A stretch of 32,000 bases of DNA, taken from assembly GCF_051201565.1 (NCBI RefSeq), contig NZ_CP179200.1, positions 510,001 through 542,000 of the forward strand, written 5' to 3'. Source of the stretch: Pseudothioglobus sp. nBUS_23. GTDB lineage: Bacteria; Pseudomonadota; Gammaproteobacteria; PS1; Pseudothioglobaceae. The position numbers and the translations under genes were made by a program. Under the pieces are notes generated by a model. It saw only the letters and a program-made list of their open reading frames with translations. It did no database searches and was not told where the DNA came from. Position 1 is the stretch's first letter. Every line of letters starts with the position of its first letter. This document shows positions 15,947 through 23,598 of this stretch, piece by piece.

Positions 15947-16348
15947 TTATTTAGGCTTCTCTTTTCCCTTTGAGGTAAATTCAATTTCTCCAGAAAATAC
16001 ATTAGGAAGGTAATAATGGAGTGACTTCTGTTTTCTTTGTTTTTGCTGAACTATGCACCCTCGAACTTCAAAGTTATTGTTTAGTTCAATTTCAGCATAT
16101 GAGGAGTTTATACATCTTAAAAATTTCCTATCATTTTCTTCAAAATATTGACGAAAATAAAGCTCATTATCTAGCTCAATAATGACGTAAGCTTTATGGT
16201 GAACTTGCATTGATGGATCAATGATGATAATGCAATTTTCACTAAACTCTGGTGACATCATATCACCAATATTTTGAAGTGCATAAGGCTCAGAGTTTGT
16301 GGAGCAGTTACTCTGATATAAAGCTTTTGGATTGTCTAATGTTGACAT
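15947..16348 (-). CDS. S24 (LexA-CTD/UmuD)-like fold protein, no HTH, catalytic dyad apparently substituted
   Basis: 133 aa. It aligns by eye with E. coli UmuD: 'YALQNIGDMMSPEFSENCIIIIDPS' vs '[26 protein letters not shown]', and 'DNELYFRQY' vs 'DGEFTVKKL'. Ser60 aligns to Met and Lys97 to Arg. The ATG sits inside the last codons of mutM, a 13-nt overlap. Confidence 0.55.
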   Translation of the reverse strand: MSTLDNPKALYQSNCSTNSEPYALQNIGDMMSPEFSENCIIIIDPSMQVHHKAYVIIELDNELYFRQYFEENDRKFLRCINSSYAEIELNNNFEVRGCIVQQKQRKQKSLHYYLPNVFSGEIEFTSKGKEKPK

Positions 16349-17148
16349 TTAGGACAGTAATAAGTTGCACGTTGATTTTGAATAATTCTTTTAATTTTAC
16401 CACTGCACCTCAAACATGGCATATTTTCCCTGCCATAAACATTAAGCACTTGTGAAAAATATCCAGGATTGCCATCAACATTTGAAAAATCATTTAGGGT
16501 TGTACCGCCATTATTAATTGCATCTGTTAATACATTTTTTATGGAATTAGTTAAAACTTTGAAGCGCTTTTTGGATGTTTTGCCAGCCTCTCTTTTTGGT
16601 GATATTCCAGCCAGGAATAGACTCTCAGATGCATATATATTACCAACTCCAACAACTACACTACTATCCATAATAAAAGATTTAATATTTCTTAATCTTC
16701 CAGTAGATGAGTTAAAAAGCGAGTCATTATCAAACTCATAGCTCAATGGTTCTGGCCCTAGGCTATTTAAAAGAGTGATGGTTTCGTTAAGGTTTTGCCA
16801 AAGAATTGATCCAAACCTTCTAGGGTCATGAAATCTTAAACTTGAGCTGTTATCTAATTTAAGTTCGAAGTGCTCATGTTTTTTTAATGGCTCAAAAGAG
16901 CTGACTACGCTTATGGATCCTGACATTCCAAGATGCATAATCAACTGTCCATGATCAAAGTGGACTAACAAATACTTTGCACGCCTTGAGATTTTTTTTA
17001 TAGTACGATTCTTTAATGTGTTTTTAAGATGAGAGGGTATCTCCCATCGAAGCCTATGTTTATATATATGAACAGATACTATTTTTCTACTAGTAATTAG
17101 TGGCTCTAGGCCTTTACGGGTAGTTTCGACTTCAGGCAACTCTGGCAT
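16336..17148 (-). CDS. mutM: formamidopyrimidine-DNA glycosylase
   Basis: The protein has the N-terminal 'MPELPEVE', an H2TH region, and the C-terminal zinc finger 'CLRCSGKIKRIIQNQRATYYCPKCQ'. Confidence 0.95.
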   Translation of the reverse strand: MPELPEVETTRKGLEPLITSRKIVSVHIYKHRLRWEIPSHLKNTLKNRTIKKISRRAKYLLVHFDHGQLIMHLGMSGSISVVSSFEPLKKHEHFELKLDNSSSLRFHDPRRFGSILWQNLNETITLLNSLGPEPLSYEFDNDSLFNSSTGRLRNIKSFIMDSSVVVGVGNIYASESLFLAGISPKREAGKTSKKRFKVLTNSIKNVLTDAINNGGTTLNDFSNVDGNPGYFSQVLNVYGRENMPCLRCSGKIKRIIQNQRATYYCPKCQH

Positions 17149-17156
17149 TCATCTAA

Positions 17157-18797
17157 TTATTGGTCATTGACTAATGCAATTTTTTTAGTAGCACCAAAGT
17201 CTGTCTTGCCACTTCCAAGTTTTGGTATCTCGTCAACAACAAGTACAGAAGATGGGTGATATAGCGGGTTAATTTTTGCATCTGAAAGAATTTTTGTAAG
17301 CGCACTTTTCTCAATTTTATTGGTTGAGAGAAGAACAATTTTTTCACCCTTACGTTGGTCTGGCAAGCAAGTGGCTGCAATCTCCAAGTCTTTATCATTA
17401 AGAGCGTCTAAAATTTCTTCTTCAACAGTTGTGAGGCTTATCATCTCACCCCCAATTTTTGCAAATCTTGAGTACCTGTCAACAATTGTTAAAAAGCCAT
17501 CATCATCCAAATGACCCTTGTCTCCGGTTCGATACCATCTGTAGCCATCAATAATCTCAATAACTTCGGCAGTTTTCTTGGGCATCTTTAGATAGCCTTT
17601 CATTATTTGAGGGCCTCCTATTAAAATCAATCCATCCTCTCCAGTAGGAATAGGCTCCAAAGAGTCAGGATCAACTATCCTAAATTCTGTTCCACTAAAT
17701 GCCTTGCCTACGGTTCCTGGTCTATTTCTAAGTTTAAATGGAGAGTCAATATCTGGTAAATTTACAGATGCACCAGGCGATGTTTCTGTTGTTCCATAGC
17801 CTTCAAAAACTGGCATATTAAATTTTTTTTCAAAACCATCCCTAACTTCAGATCTTAATTTTTCCGCACCTGCTACGACAAGCCTCAGTGATTTCATGGA
17901 TTTAGTGTTTACTTTCTTGCTTAGTGTATACATTCTGAGAAAAGTTGGTGTTCCAACTAATATTGTTCCTGAGTATTTTTGTATTCCACTCGCAATTGTT
18001 GTTACATCTTTGGGATCTGCATGGCAAACAATAGGGATGCCTTCCGATAGAGGCATTAATGTTGTAATCGCAAAACCAAATGCATGGAAGGTTGGAAGCG
18101 TAGACATAATGACATCGCTCTCAACAGCACCCAATTCAAGAGCTGCTTGTTTAGCATTCGCTGCAATATTACTATGTGATAGTTCAACGCCTTTTGGAGA
18201 GCCCTCACTACCACTTGAAAATAAAATGGCAGCTGTATCACTCATTGAAACCTGTTTAAAGTAACTTTTTCGAATCAAACTAACAGGAAATAAGATCGCT
18301 TTTAAAAGAGTAGCAATTCTGGATATAGTTGAAATTTCTTCACGAATATCTTCAAGCATCAAAAGTTTGGCATTAGGAAAAAATGACTCTAAATCCATAC
18401 CTCTCTCTAGCATCTTATCTAAGAATTTACGAGAAGTATAAATGTGTTTAACTTCAGCTTGTTGAGCTGCAGATTGAAGTGCCTTTTTCCCGGCTGTAAA
18501 ATTTAGGTTAACGATAGTTTTTCCAAGTGAAAGGATTGCTATTAAAGCAATTGCACCTCCGCCACTACTAGGCAAAAGTAAACCAACATTTTGCTCAGGG
18601 CTGTACTCAGCAATTTTTTTAGAGAACAGCAAAACTCCAGTTAAAAATCTTTTATGAGAAATTTCTACACCCTCAATATCAGCAACTGAAAAAGCAGTTT
18701 TAGATTTTTTTGCATTTTTAAGCCAAGACACATGAATAGGATCAAGGGTTGATGGATAGTCTTGCCAGTCATCGAATGAGATAGGGTGATTTGACAT
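17157..18797 (-). CDS. AMP-dependent acyl ligase resembling the acyl-ACP synthetase (C-terminal) domain of Aas, stand-alone
   Basis: The AMP-binding motifs are 'ILFSSGSEGSPKGVELSH', 'EGYGTTE', 'RPGTVG' and 'WYRTGD'. The Aas-type strings 'NFTAG', 'TSRKFLDK', 'VVAGAEKL', 'RFAKIGGEMISL' and 'LGSGKTDF' match E. coli Aas as recalled (NYTAG, TSRQFLDK, RFAKIAGEMVSL, LGSGKPDF). No PlsC acyltransferase domain is present. Confidence 0.75.
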   Translation of the reverse strand: MSNHPISFDDWQDYPSTLDPIHVSWLKNAKKSKTAFSVADIEGVEISHKRFLTGVLLFSKKIAEYSPEQNVGLLLPSSGGGAIALIAILSLGKTIVNLNFTAGKKALQSAAQQAEVKHIYTSRKFLDKMLERGMDLESFFPNAKLLMLEDIREEISTISRIATLLKAILFPVSLIRKSYFKQVSMSDTAAILFSSGSEGSPKGVELSHSNIAANAKQAALELGAVESDVIMSTLPTFHAFGFAITTLMPLSEGIPIVCHADPKDVTTIASGIQKYSGTILVGTPTFLRMYTLSKKVNTKSMKSLRLVVAGAEKLRSEVRDGFEKKFNMPVFEGYGTTETSPGASVNLPDIDSPFKLRNRPGTVGKAFSGTEFRIVDPDSLEPIPTGEDGLILIGGPQIMKGYLKMPKKTAEVIEIIDGYRWYRTGDKGHLDDDGFLTIVDRYSRFAKIGGEMISLTTVEEEILDALNDKDLEIAATCLPDQRKGEKIVLLSTNKIEKSALTKILSDAKINPLYHPSSVLVVDEIPKLGSGKTDFGATKKIALVNDQ

Positions 18798-18803
18798 ATT
18801 GTA

Positions 18804-19364
18804 TTAAACTCCGAGCATCGCTTTTTTTAAATTTTTTTGAATAGGGTTGTCTGACAAGAATATTCCAAAGAAAGCTTTCTTAAAATCAAGTCCAGGTATT
18901 GATTCAACAAGCTCATTATTCTTTAAAACATGCATACCAATCTCTGGAATGTAAATAAATTCATAGAAATCACCTGATGAAACTGAAGAATTAAATGCTG
19001 ATGACAATTGCTCTAATTCTTTTGATATTGGGGCTGTATTATTATTAGTTGCTTTTTCAAGCCCTTCACTTAAAGCTTTTTTCATAGCATCAGCTGTGAC
19101 CATTTCTGATTTGACATCAATACGAATAGCCATTGATGAATTATCAGTAACTATTTTTTGAGCATCAGAGCTTTTAGTTTCAAGGTAGAGGCTTCCCTCG
19201 TATACATTCATAAAGAAAATAACACGAGTGCCTTGACCATTAATAATTAACTTACTTCCTTGGTACTCTATCACTTCAGGAGCTTCATTTGCAATTATTG
19301 ATGAGGCTGAGAGGAAACCAATTAAGAATATTAAATAAGTAAGACGCTTAAAATTTAATAGCAT
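18804..19364 (-). CDS. secreted chalcone-isomerase-fold (CHI-like / fatty-acid-binding-protein-like) family protein
   Basis: The protein has an N-terminal signal peptide (LTYLIFLIGFLSASSIIA|NE). It also shows 'KLIINGQGTRVIFFMNVYEGSLYL' and the C-terminal 'FKKAFFGIFLSDNPI...LKKAMLG', a pattern typical of bacterial Chalcone_3-type proteins. Confidence 0.65.
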   Translation of the reverse strand: MLLNFKRLTYLIFLIGFLSASSIIANEAPEVIEYQGSKLIINGQGTRVIFFMNVYEGSLYLETKSSDAQKIVTDNSSMAIRIDVKSEMVTADAMKKALSEGLEKATNNNTAPISKELEQLSSAFNSSVSSGDFYEFIYIPEIGMHVLKNNELVESIPGLDFKKAFFGIFLSDNPIQKNLKKAMLGV

Positions 19365-19491
19365 ATTTCTTTACTTTGTTGTTAATTTATTTATAAGACT
19401 ATAATTATAAATATAAATATAAATCATAAAAAAACAATTAAATGATTTTGAACTATTTATAATTACATCAATTCAACTAAATTTTAATACT

Positions 19492-20091
19492 ATGAATCCA
19501 TTAACTTCAGTAAGAGGAACAATAATCAGTGGTTTTGTTCTTGCAATTCTTATAGCAATTTTTCTTTCACCTGAAAACTCATCTCTAATTACCAGAAATT
19601 TAAGTATTTGGCTTCATGTATTGTTTGGTGTAACCTGGATTGGTCTTCTGTATTACTTTAATTTTGTTCAGGTGCCAGCATTGGCTGATGCATTAGCTGA
19701 TGAGGGTGGGCCAGGTCCAGCAGCAATTGGAAAATATGTCGCACCACGAGCGCTCTTATGGTTCAGAATGGCTGCAGCAGCAACATGGCTGACAGGCGCA
19801 TGGGCTTTATCAATTTCACCACAGTATGGATTTGTAGATACTTTTCTATTTCAAGCTCCCGCGGGTGCCATGATGAGTTTAGGGGCATGGATGGGTACGA
19901 TTATGCTCTTTAACGTATGGGTTCTTATTTGGCCTAATCAGAAAAAAGTTCTCGGTATTGTTGAGGCAAGTGCTGATGATGTTGCAAAGGCAAAGTTCAC
20001 AGCTGCAATGGCCTCCAGAACTAATGTTGTTCTTTCAGTTCCAATGCTTCTGTGTATGATAGGTGCAGGACATGGCGGATATCTATTTTAA
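19492..20091 (+). CDS. integral membrane protein, similar to the N-terminal membrane domain of urate hydroxylase PuuD
   Basis: There are 4-5 hydrophobic spans. 'WLHVLFGVTWIGLLYYFNFVQ' and 'FNVWVLIWPNQKKVLG' resemble the recalled PuuD strings (W.H..AGI.WIG.SFYF and ..IWP.Q.KV). No cytochrome c (CxxCH) domain is present. Confidence 0.4.
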   Translation: MNPLTSVRGTIISGFVLAILIAIFLSPENSSLITRNLSIWLHVLFGVTWIGLLYYFNFVQVPALADALADEGGPGPAAIGKYVAPRALLWFRMAAAATWLTGAWALSISPQYGFVDTFLFQAPAGAMMSLGAWMGTIMLFNVWVLIWPNQKKVLGIVEASADDVAKAKFTAAMASRTNVVLSVPMLLCMIGAGHGGYLF

Positions 20092-20110
20092 AATAAGTAT
20101 CTTTAAATCG

Positions 20111-20140
20111 AAAAAAGCCGGGCACAGCCCGGTTTTTTTT
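20111..20140 (+). terminator. rho-independent terminator
   Basis: The sequence is 'aaaaaaGCCGGGCacaGCCCGGtttttttt'. It forms a 5-6 bp GC stem followed by T8 and preceded by an A-tract, so it could act bidirectionally. Confidence 0.7.
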
Positions 20141-20339
20141 CAACAAATCTCATATTTGCAACAAATAAGGATTATAGTTATTTAAATATCTAATTAAATT
20201 ACAGCTTTTTTCATTAAAAGCTTAATAATAATAGTTTTTTTAAATTCAAGTTAAATCAAGCTCTAGCAATATAATTGGGGAAAAATTATTAGCATTGTTG
20301 AAAAAAAACAACTTTTTGTATTATTTTTTCAATTAGTTG

Positions 20340-20368
20340 TTGACAAGATAATTAAAAATAGTTATTAT
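20340..20368 (+). promoter_or_regulatory. near-consensus sigma70 promoter for the Thr-rich OMP gene
   Basis: TTGACA lies at 20340-20345, followed by a 17-nt spacer and TATTAT at 20363-20368. The upstream flank is AT-rich and UP-element-like (..ttgtattattttttcaattagt). Confidence 0.6.
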
Positions 20369-20403
20369 GTGCACATTGTTATTTTTTATAGATAGCATAA
20401 GGG

Positions 20404-20420
20404 TGTTGGTAAAACCAACA
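20404..20420 (+). promoter_or_regulatory. 5'-UTR stem-loop
   Basis: 'tgttggt-aaa-accaaca' forms a perfect 7-bp stem with a 3-nt loop, ~27 nt upstream of the start codon. It may stabilise the mRNA, but its function is unknown. Confidence 0.3.
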
Positions 20421-20446
20421 ATTAAATATTCTAAATGGAGAATAAA

Positions 20447-21262
20447 ATGAAAAAACTAATCGCACTATTCGCAACTACAGCAGTAGCCTCTGGTTCTGCT
20501 ATGGGTGCTATCGCGTTAAGTGGAACAGCTTCTGTATCATATGATGATAAAGGTGCAGCTGCTTCTGCTACAACGTATGATGCTGATTTAACAGTTACTG
20601 GTACTGCTGGTGCTACAACATTTACACAGTCAATGGATATTGATACTGCTGTAGGTGTTACTGCAACAACTCTTGCTACAACTGTTGGTCCTTTGACTGT
20701 ATCTGCTGATATGTATGACGAAGATGATTCAACTACTGTAACTACAACTGGTGGTCGTAAGACTGACAGTGGTGATAACAGATCTGTAACTGTAAGCTTG
20801 GATGCGCCTCTTGGTGATGCTACTATCGGTCTTAATGATGGTGGTGATGTTACTGTTACTGGTACTTTCTCAGGTGTTACTGTTGCGCATACATTGTCTG
20901 ATGATGGTGATTCTACAACAGGTTCAGCTTCAATCGCTGGAATGGACATTAGCTTGACTAATGATGATGGTTCAACTACTTGGACTCTAGGTACTACTGT
21001 TGCTGGAACTGCAGTAACTTTAGACAGTGATGCAAACGTAACTGCAACATTTGGTGTTACAGGAAATACTGTTGTTGTGACTCATACTTCTGAGCGTGCT
21101 GCAACTACTCCAACTAACACTAATACGCACTGGAATACATCTCAGAAAGATGCTTTCACTACGATTGCTGTATCTCGTGACCTAACTTCAGGTGCTGCGA
21201 TTTCTGCAACGTATGATTCATTCGACGATGCACTTACACTTAAGGCTTCTGTTGCATTCTAA
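20447..21262 (+). CDS. Thr/Gly/Asp/Ala-rich secreted protein, putative outer-membrane beta-barrel (porin-like)
   Basis: The start is taken at ATG 20447, with GGAG 6 nt upstream, rather than the track's 20435. The protein has the signal peptide MKKLIALFATTAVASGSAMG. About 16 short alternating-polarity segments are separated by D/G/N turns. It ends 'LTLKASVAF' (terminal Phe, an OMP signature). By hand count 58 of 271 residues are Thr, and there is no Cys. I recognise no family. Confidence 0.5.
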   Translation: MKKLIALFATTAVASGSAMGAIALSGTASVSYDDKGAAASATTYDADLTVTGTAGATTFTQSMDIDTAVGVTATTLATTVGPLTVSADMYDEDDSTTVTTTGGRKTDSGDNRSVTVSLDAPLGDATIGLNDGGDVTVTGTFSGVTVAHTLSDDGDSTTGSASIAGMDISLTNDDGSTTWTLGTTVAGTAVTLDSDANVTATFGVTGNTVVVTHTSERAATTPTNTNTHWNTSQKDAFTTIAVSRDLTSGAAISATYDSFDDALTLKASVAF

Positions 21263-21310
21263 ATCTAGATTTAGATACAGCAGTTAACTTAGTAATAAGT
21301 TAGTGTTAAA

Positions 21311-21336
21311 CCCAGGGCTTGCCCTGGGTTTTTTTT
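21311..21336 (+). terminator. rho-independent terminator
   Basis: The sequence is 'CCCAGGGcttgCCCTGGGtttttttt'. It forms a perfect 7-bp GC-rich stem with a 4-nt loop, followed by T8. Confidence 0.85.
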
Positions 21337-21404
21337 GTTCAAAAATCAATTCAAATCAATAAAGTTGATAAAATAGCCTTTCAAACTATCAAGGAGCTTA
21401 TTAA

Positions 21405-22229
21405 ATGACTGTTGTTGTTACTAATAGAGCATTATTAAGGGTTTCAGGGGCTGATGCTGAAGTCTTTTTACAGTCACAATTATCTAATGATATAAACCTA
21501 CTTAAAAAAGGTGTTCAGTTAAGTAGTTTCTGTCAGCATCAAGGGAAAATAATCGCCTTATTCTGGGTAATGAGATCTGGTGATGACTTTCTGCTCTCAT
21601 TCCCAGAGGATTTAAATGAAAAAGTAATCTCAAGACTCAAGATGTTTGTGATTATGTCAGATGTGAAAATTGAGGATATTTCGAGTCAATACAACCAAAT
21701 TGGCTTAATCAATGAAAGTAACTCTAATGCTTATTCTATTAATGAAAATTTGTCATTGTTGATTGATTCCAATGAATTAATGAAAAAAGATTTCTCTTCA
21801 GGTTATGATCTATGGGCTAAAGCATGTATTGACTATAAAATCCCTGAAGTATTTTTAAGTTCAAGTGAAAAGTTTGTTCCTCAAATGCTTAATTTAGATA
21901 TAAATGAAATTGGTGTTAATTTCTCAAAAGGCTGCTATCCAGGACAAGAGGTTGTGGCAAGGCTTCATTATCTGGGAGAGGCAAAGAGAAGATTATTTGC
22001 TTTCAAATCTGATTTTGAAATGCAAGTTGGCGACAGTCTTTATTGTTCATCCTCTAAGGCTGCAAAAGCAAGAGGGAATCGTTATAAAGGGAGCGGTATT
22101 GTCGTTAATAGTGTAAAATTCAATTCGTATTTTTACTGTATTGCAACTCTGGATATCGACTTGCTGGACAGAGAAATTACTCTTAACGATGAACATGGAC
22201 CAATTCTAAAAATTAATAACAATGAATAA
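21405..22229 (+). CDS. ygfZ: folate-binding tRNA-modification / Fe-S cluster repair protein YgfZ (GcvT-like)
   Basis: AGGAG lies 8 nt upstream of the start. The signature 'FSKGCYPGQEVVARLHYLG' (KGC[YF]xGQE) is present, and the size (274 aa) is typical. Confidence 0.8.
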   Translation: MTVVVTNRALLRVSGADAEVFLQSQLSNDINLLKKGVQLSSFCQHQGKIIALFWVMRSGDDFLLSFPEDLNEKVISRLKMFVIMSDVKIEDISSQYNQIGLINESNSNAYSINENLSLLIDSNELMKKDFSSGYDLWAKACIDYKIPEVFLSSSEKFVPQMLNLDINEIGVNFSKGCYPGQEVVARLHYLGEAKRRLFAFKSDFEMQVGDSLYCSSSKAAKARGNRYKGSGIVVNSVKFNSYFYCIATLDIDLLDREITLNDEHGPILKINNNE

Positions 22230-23598
22230 AATCATATTACTACTAATCACCTTAATCCCAAGCCTAAGTTTTGCAGCCTCATCCTACGAAAGTATCGATT
22301 TAACTGACCATGCTGCGGGATACATTGCGTTAATCATATTTGTAAGTGCATATTTCTTTGTGATGATCGAAGAATTCACCCATCTTAGAAAGTCTAAGCC
22401 AGTGATTCTGGCTGCAGGTATTATCTGGGCCATTATTGGATGGATTTATGCTGTAAATGATATTCCACATGCTGCTGAGGCTGCAGTTAGACATAATTTT
22501 TTGGAGTTTGCAGAGCTATTCTTATTCCTATTAGTGGCAATGACTTACATCGAATCAATGAGGGAGCGTTTGGTTTTTGATAAGCTCAAAGTTTGGCTTA
22601 TATCAAGGGGATTCTCTTATAGACAGCTTTTCTGGCTAACTGGAATTTTAGCTTTCTTTATGTCTCCAATCGCAGACAACCTAACGACTGCTCTGGTAAT
22701 GGGCGCAGTTGTATTAGCAGTAGGTGCTGGTAATGCACGCTTTATATCCATTGGCTTTGTGAATATTGTTGTAGCTGCTAATGCGGGTGGTGCATTCAGC
22801 CCATTTGGAGATATTACAACTTTGATGGTATGGCAAAAAGGCCTAGTTGACTTTCAGCAGTTCTTTGTACTATTTGTTCCATCAGCGGTCAACTATCTTA
22901 TACCTGCAGCTATTATGCATTTTGCAATCAAAAATGAAAAGCCCAAGGCAATTAGTGAACAAGTTGACATTAAAACTGGCGGAATACTAATCACTTTTAT
23001 GTTTCTTGTAACAATTGCAACAGCAGTAAGCTTCCATAACTTCCTTCATCTCCCGCCAGCAATGGGAATGATGACAGGCCTCGGTTACCTGATGATTGTC
23101 AGTTACTTTGTGAAGCGTCATAATCCTAATGAAGATAAATCAGAAAGATTTGATATCTTTACGATGGTCTCTAGAGCGGAGTGGGATACACTTTTATTTT
23201 TCTTTGGCGTCATTGTAAGTGTTGGCGGCCTTGGCTTTATGGGTTATTTGGCTCTAGTCTCTGAGGCTATGTATGTGGAACTAGGTGCGACCTATGCAAA
23301 CGTGCTTGTAGGAATACTCTCTGCCATTGTCGATAACATCCCGGTAATGTTTGCGGTTCTAACCATGACTCCTGACATGTCCTTAGGTCAATGGCTTCTT
23401 GTAACCCTGACAGCTGGAGTTGGCGGCAGCCTCCTATCAATTGGATCGGCCGCCGGCGTTGCCCTTATGGGACAATCCAAAGGTTACTACACTTTTGTAT
23501 CTCACCTGAAATGGATTTGGGCTATTGCTCTGGGTTACGGCGCAAGTATTGTGACGCACCTCTGGATTAATGCAGCTCTTTTTGATGTCCCAATCTAA
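22222..23598 (+). CDS. nhaD: NhaD-family Na+/H+ antiporter
   Basis: The protein is polytopic, with 'MSPIADNLTTALVMG', 'GGAFSPFGDITTLMVW' and 'SAIVDNIPVMFAVL'. Its start overlaps the ygfZ stop by 8 nt (ATGAATAA). Confidence 0.75.
   Translation: MNKIILLLITLIPSLSFAASSYESIDLTDHAAGYIALIIFVSAYFFVMIEEFTHLRKSKPVILAAGIIWAIIGWIYAVNDIPHAAEAAVRHNFLEFAELFLFLLVAMTYIESMRERLVFDKLKVWLISRGFSYRQLFWLTGILAFFMSPIADNLTTALVMGAVVLAVGAGNARFISIGFVNIVVAANAGGAFSPFGDITTLMVWQKGLVDFQQFFVLFVPSAVNYLIPAAIMHFAIKNEKPKAISEQVDIKTGGILITFMFLVTIATAVSFHNFLHLPPAMGMMTGLGYLMIVSYFVKRHNPNEDKSERFDIFTMVSRAEWDTLLFFFGVIVSVGGLGFMGYLALVSEAMYVELGATYANVLVGILSAIVDNIPVMFAVLTMTPDMSLGQWLLVTLTAGVGGSLLSIGSAAGVALMGQSKGYYTFVSHLKWIWAIALGYGASIVTHLWINAALFDVPI

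Noticed and set aside
17896-18264. 122-aa plus-strand ORF, plus other 60-90-aa ORFs in the track (3627..3821, 3784..3984, 9241..9504, 9713..9955, 11162..11404, 13049..13279, 14011..14229, 14261..14557, 30834..31091 and others)
   Set aside because: All are nested in or antisense to strongly supported genes. They have no recognisable motifs and are typical chance ORFs.
19406-19423. (TATAAA)x3 tandem hexamer in the divergent intergenic region
   Set aside because: This is a very short, low-complexity AT repeat in a promoter region. I could not define convincing -35/-10 pairs for either divergent gene from it.
20435-20437. ATG at 20435 as the start of the OMP gene
   Set aside because: The GGAG Shine-Dalgarno overlaps this codon and sits 6 nt before ATG 20447. 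Starting at 20447 gives a canonical MKK... signal peptide.
20431-20949. 172-aa ORF on the minus strand
   Set aside because: It lies entirely antisense to the Thr-rich OMP gene. Its low-complexity V/T/A/S/P translation is the mirror of act/ggt/gct-rich codons. It has no signal of its own, whereas the plus-strand gene has a promoter, RBS, signal peptide and terminator.
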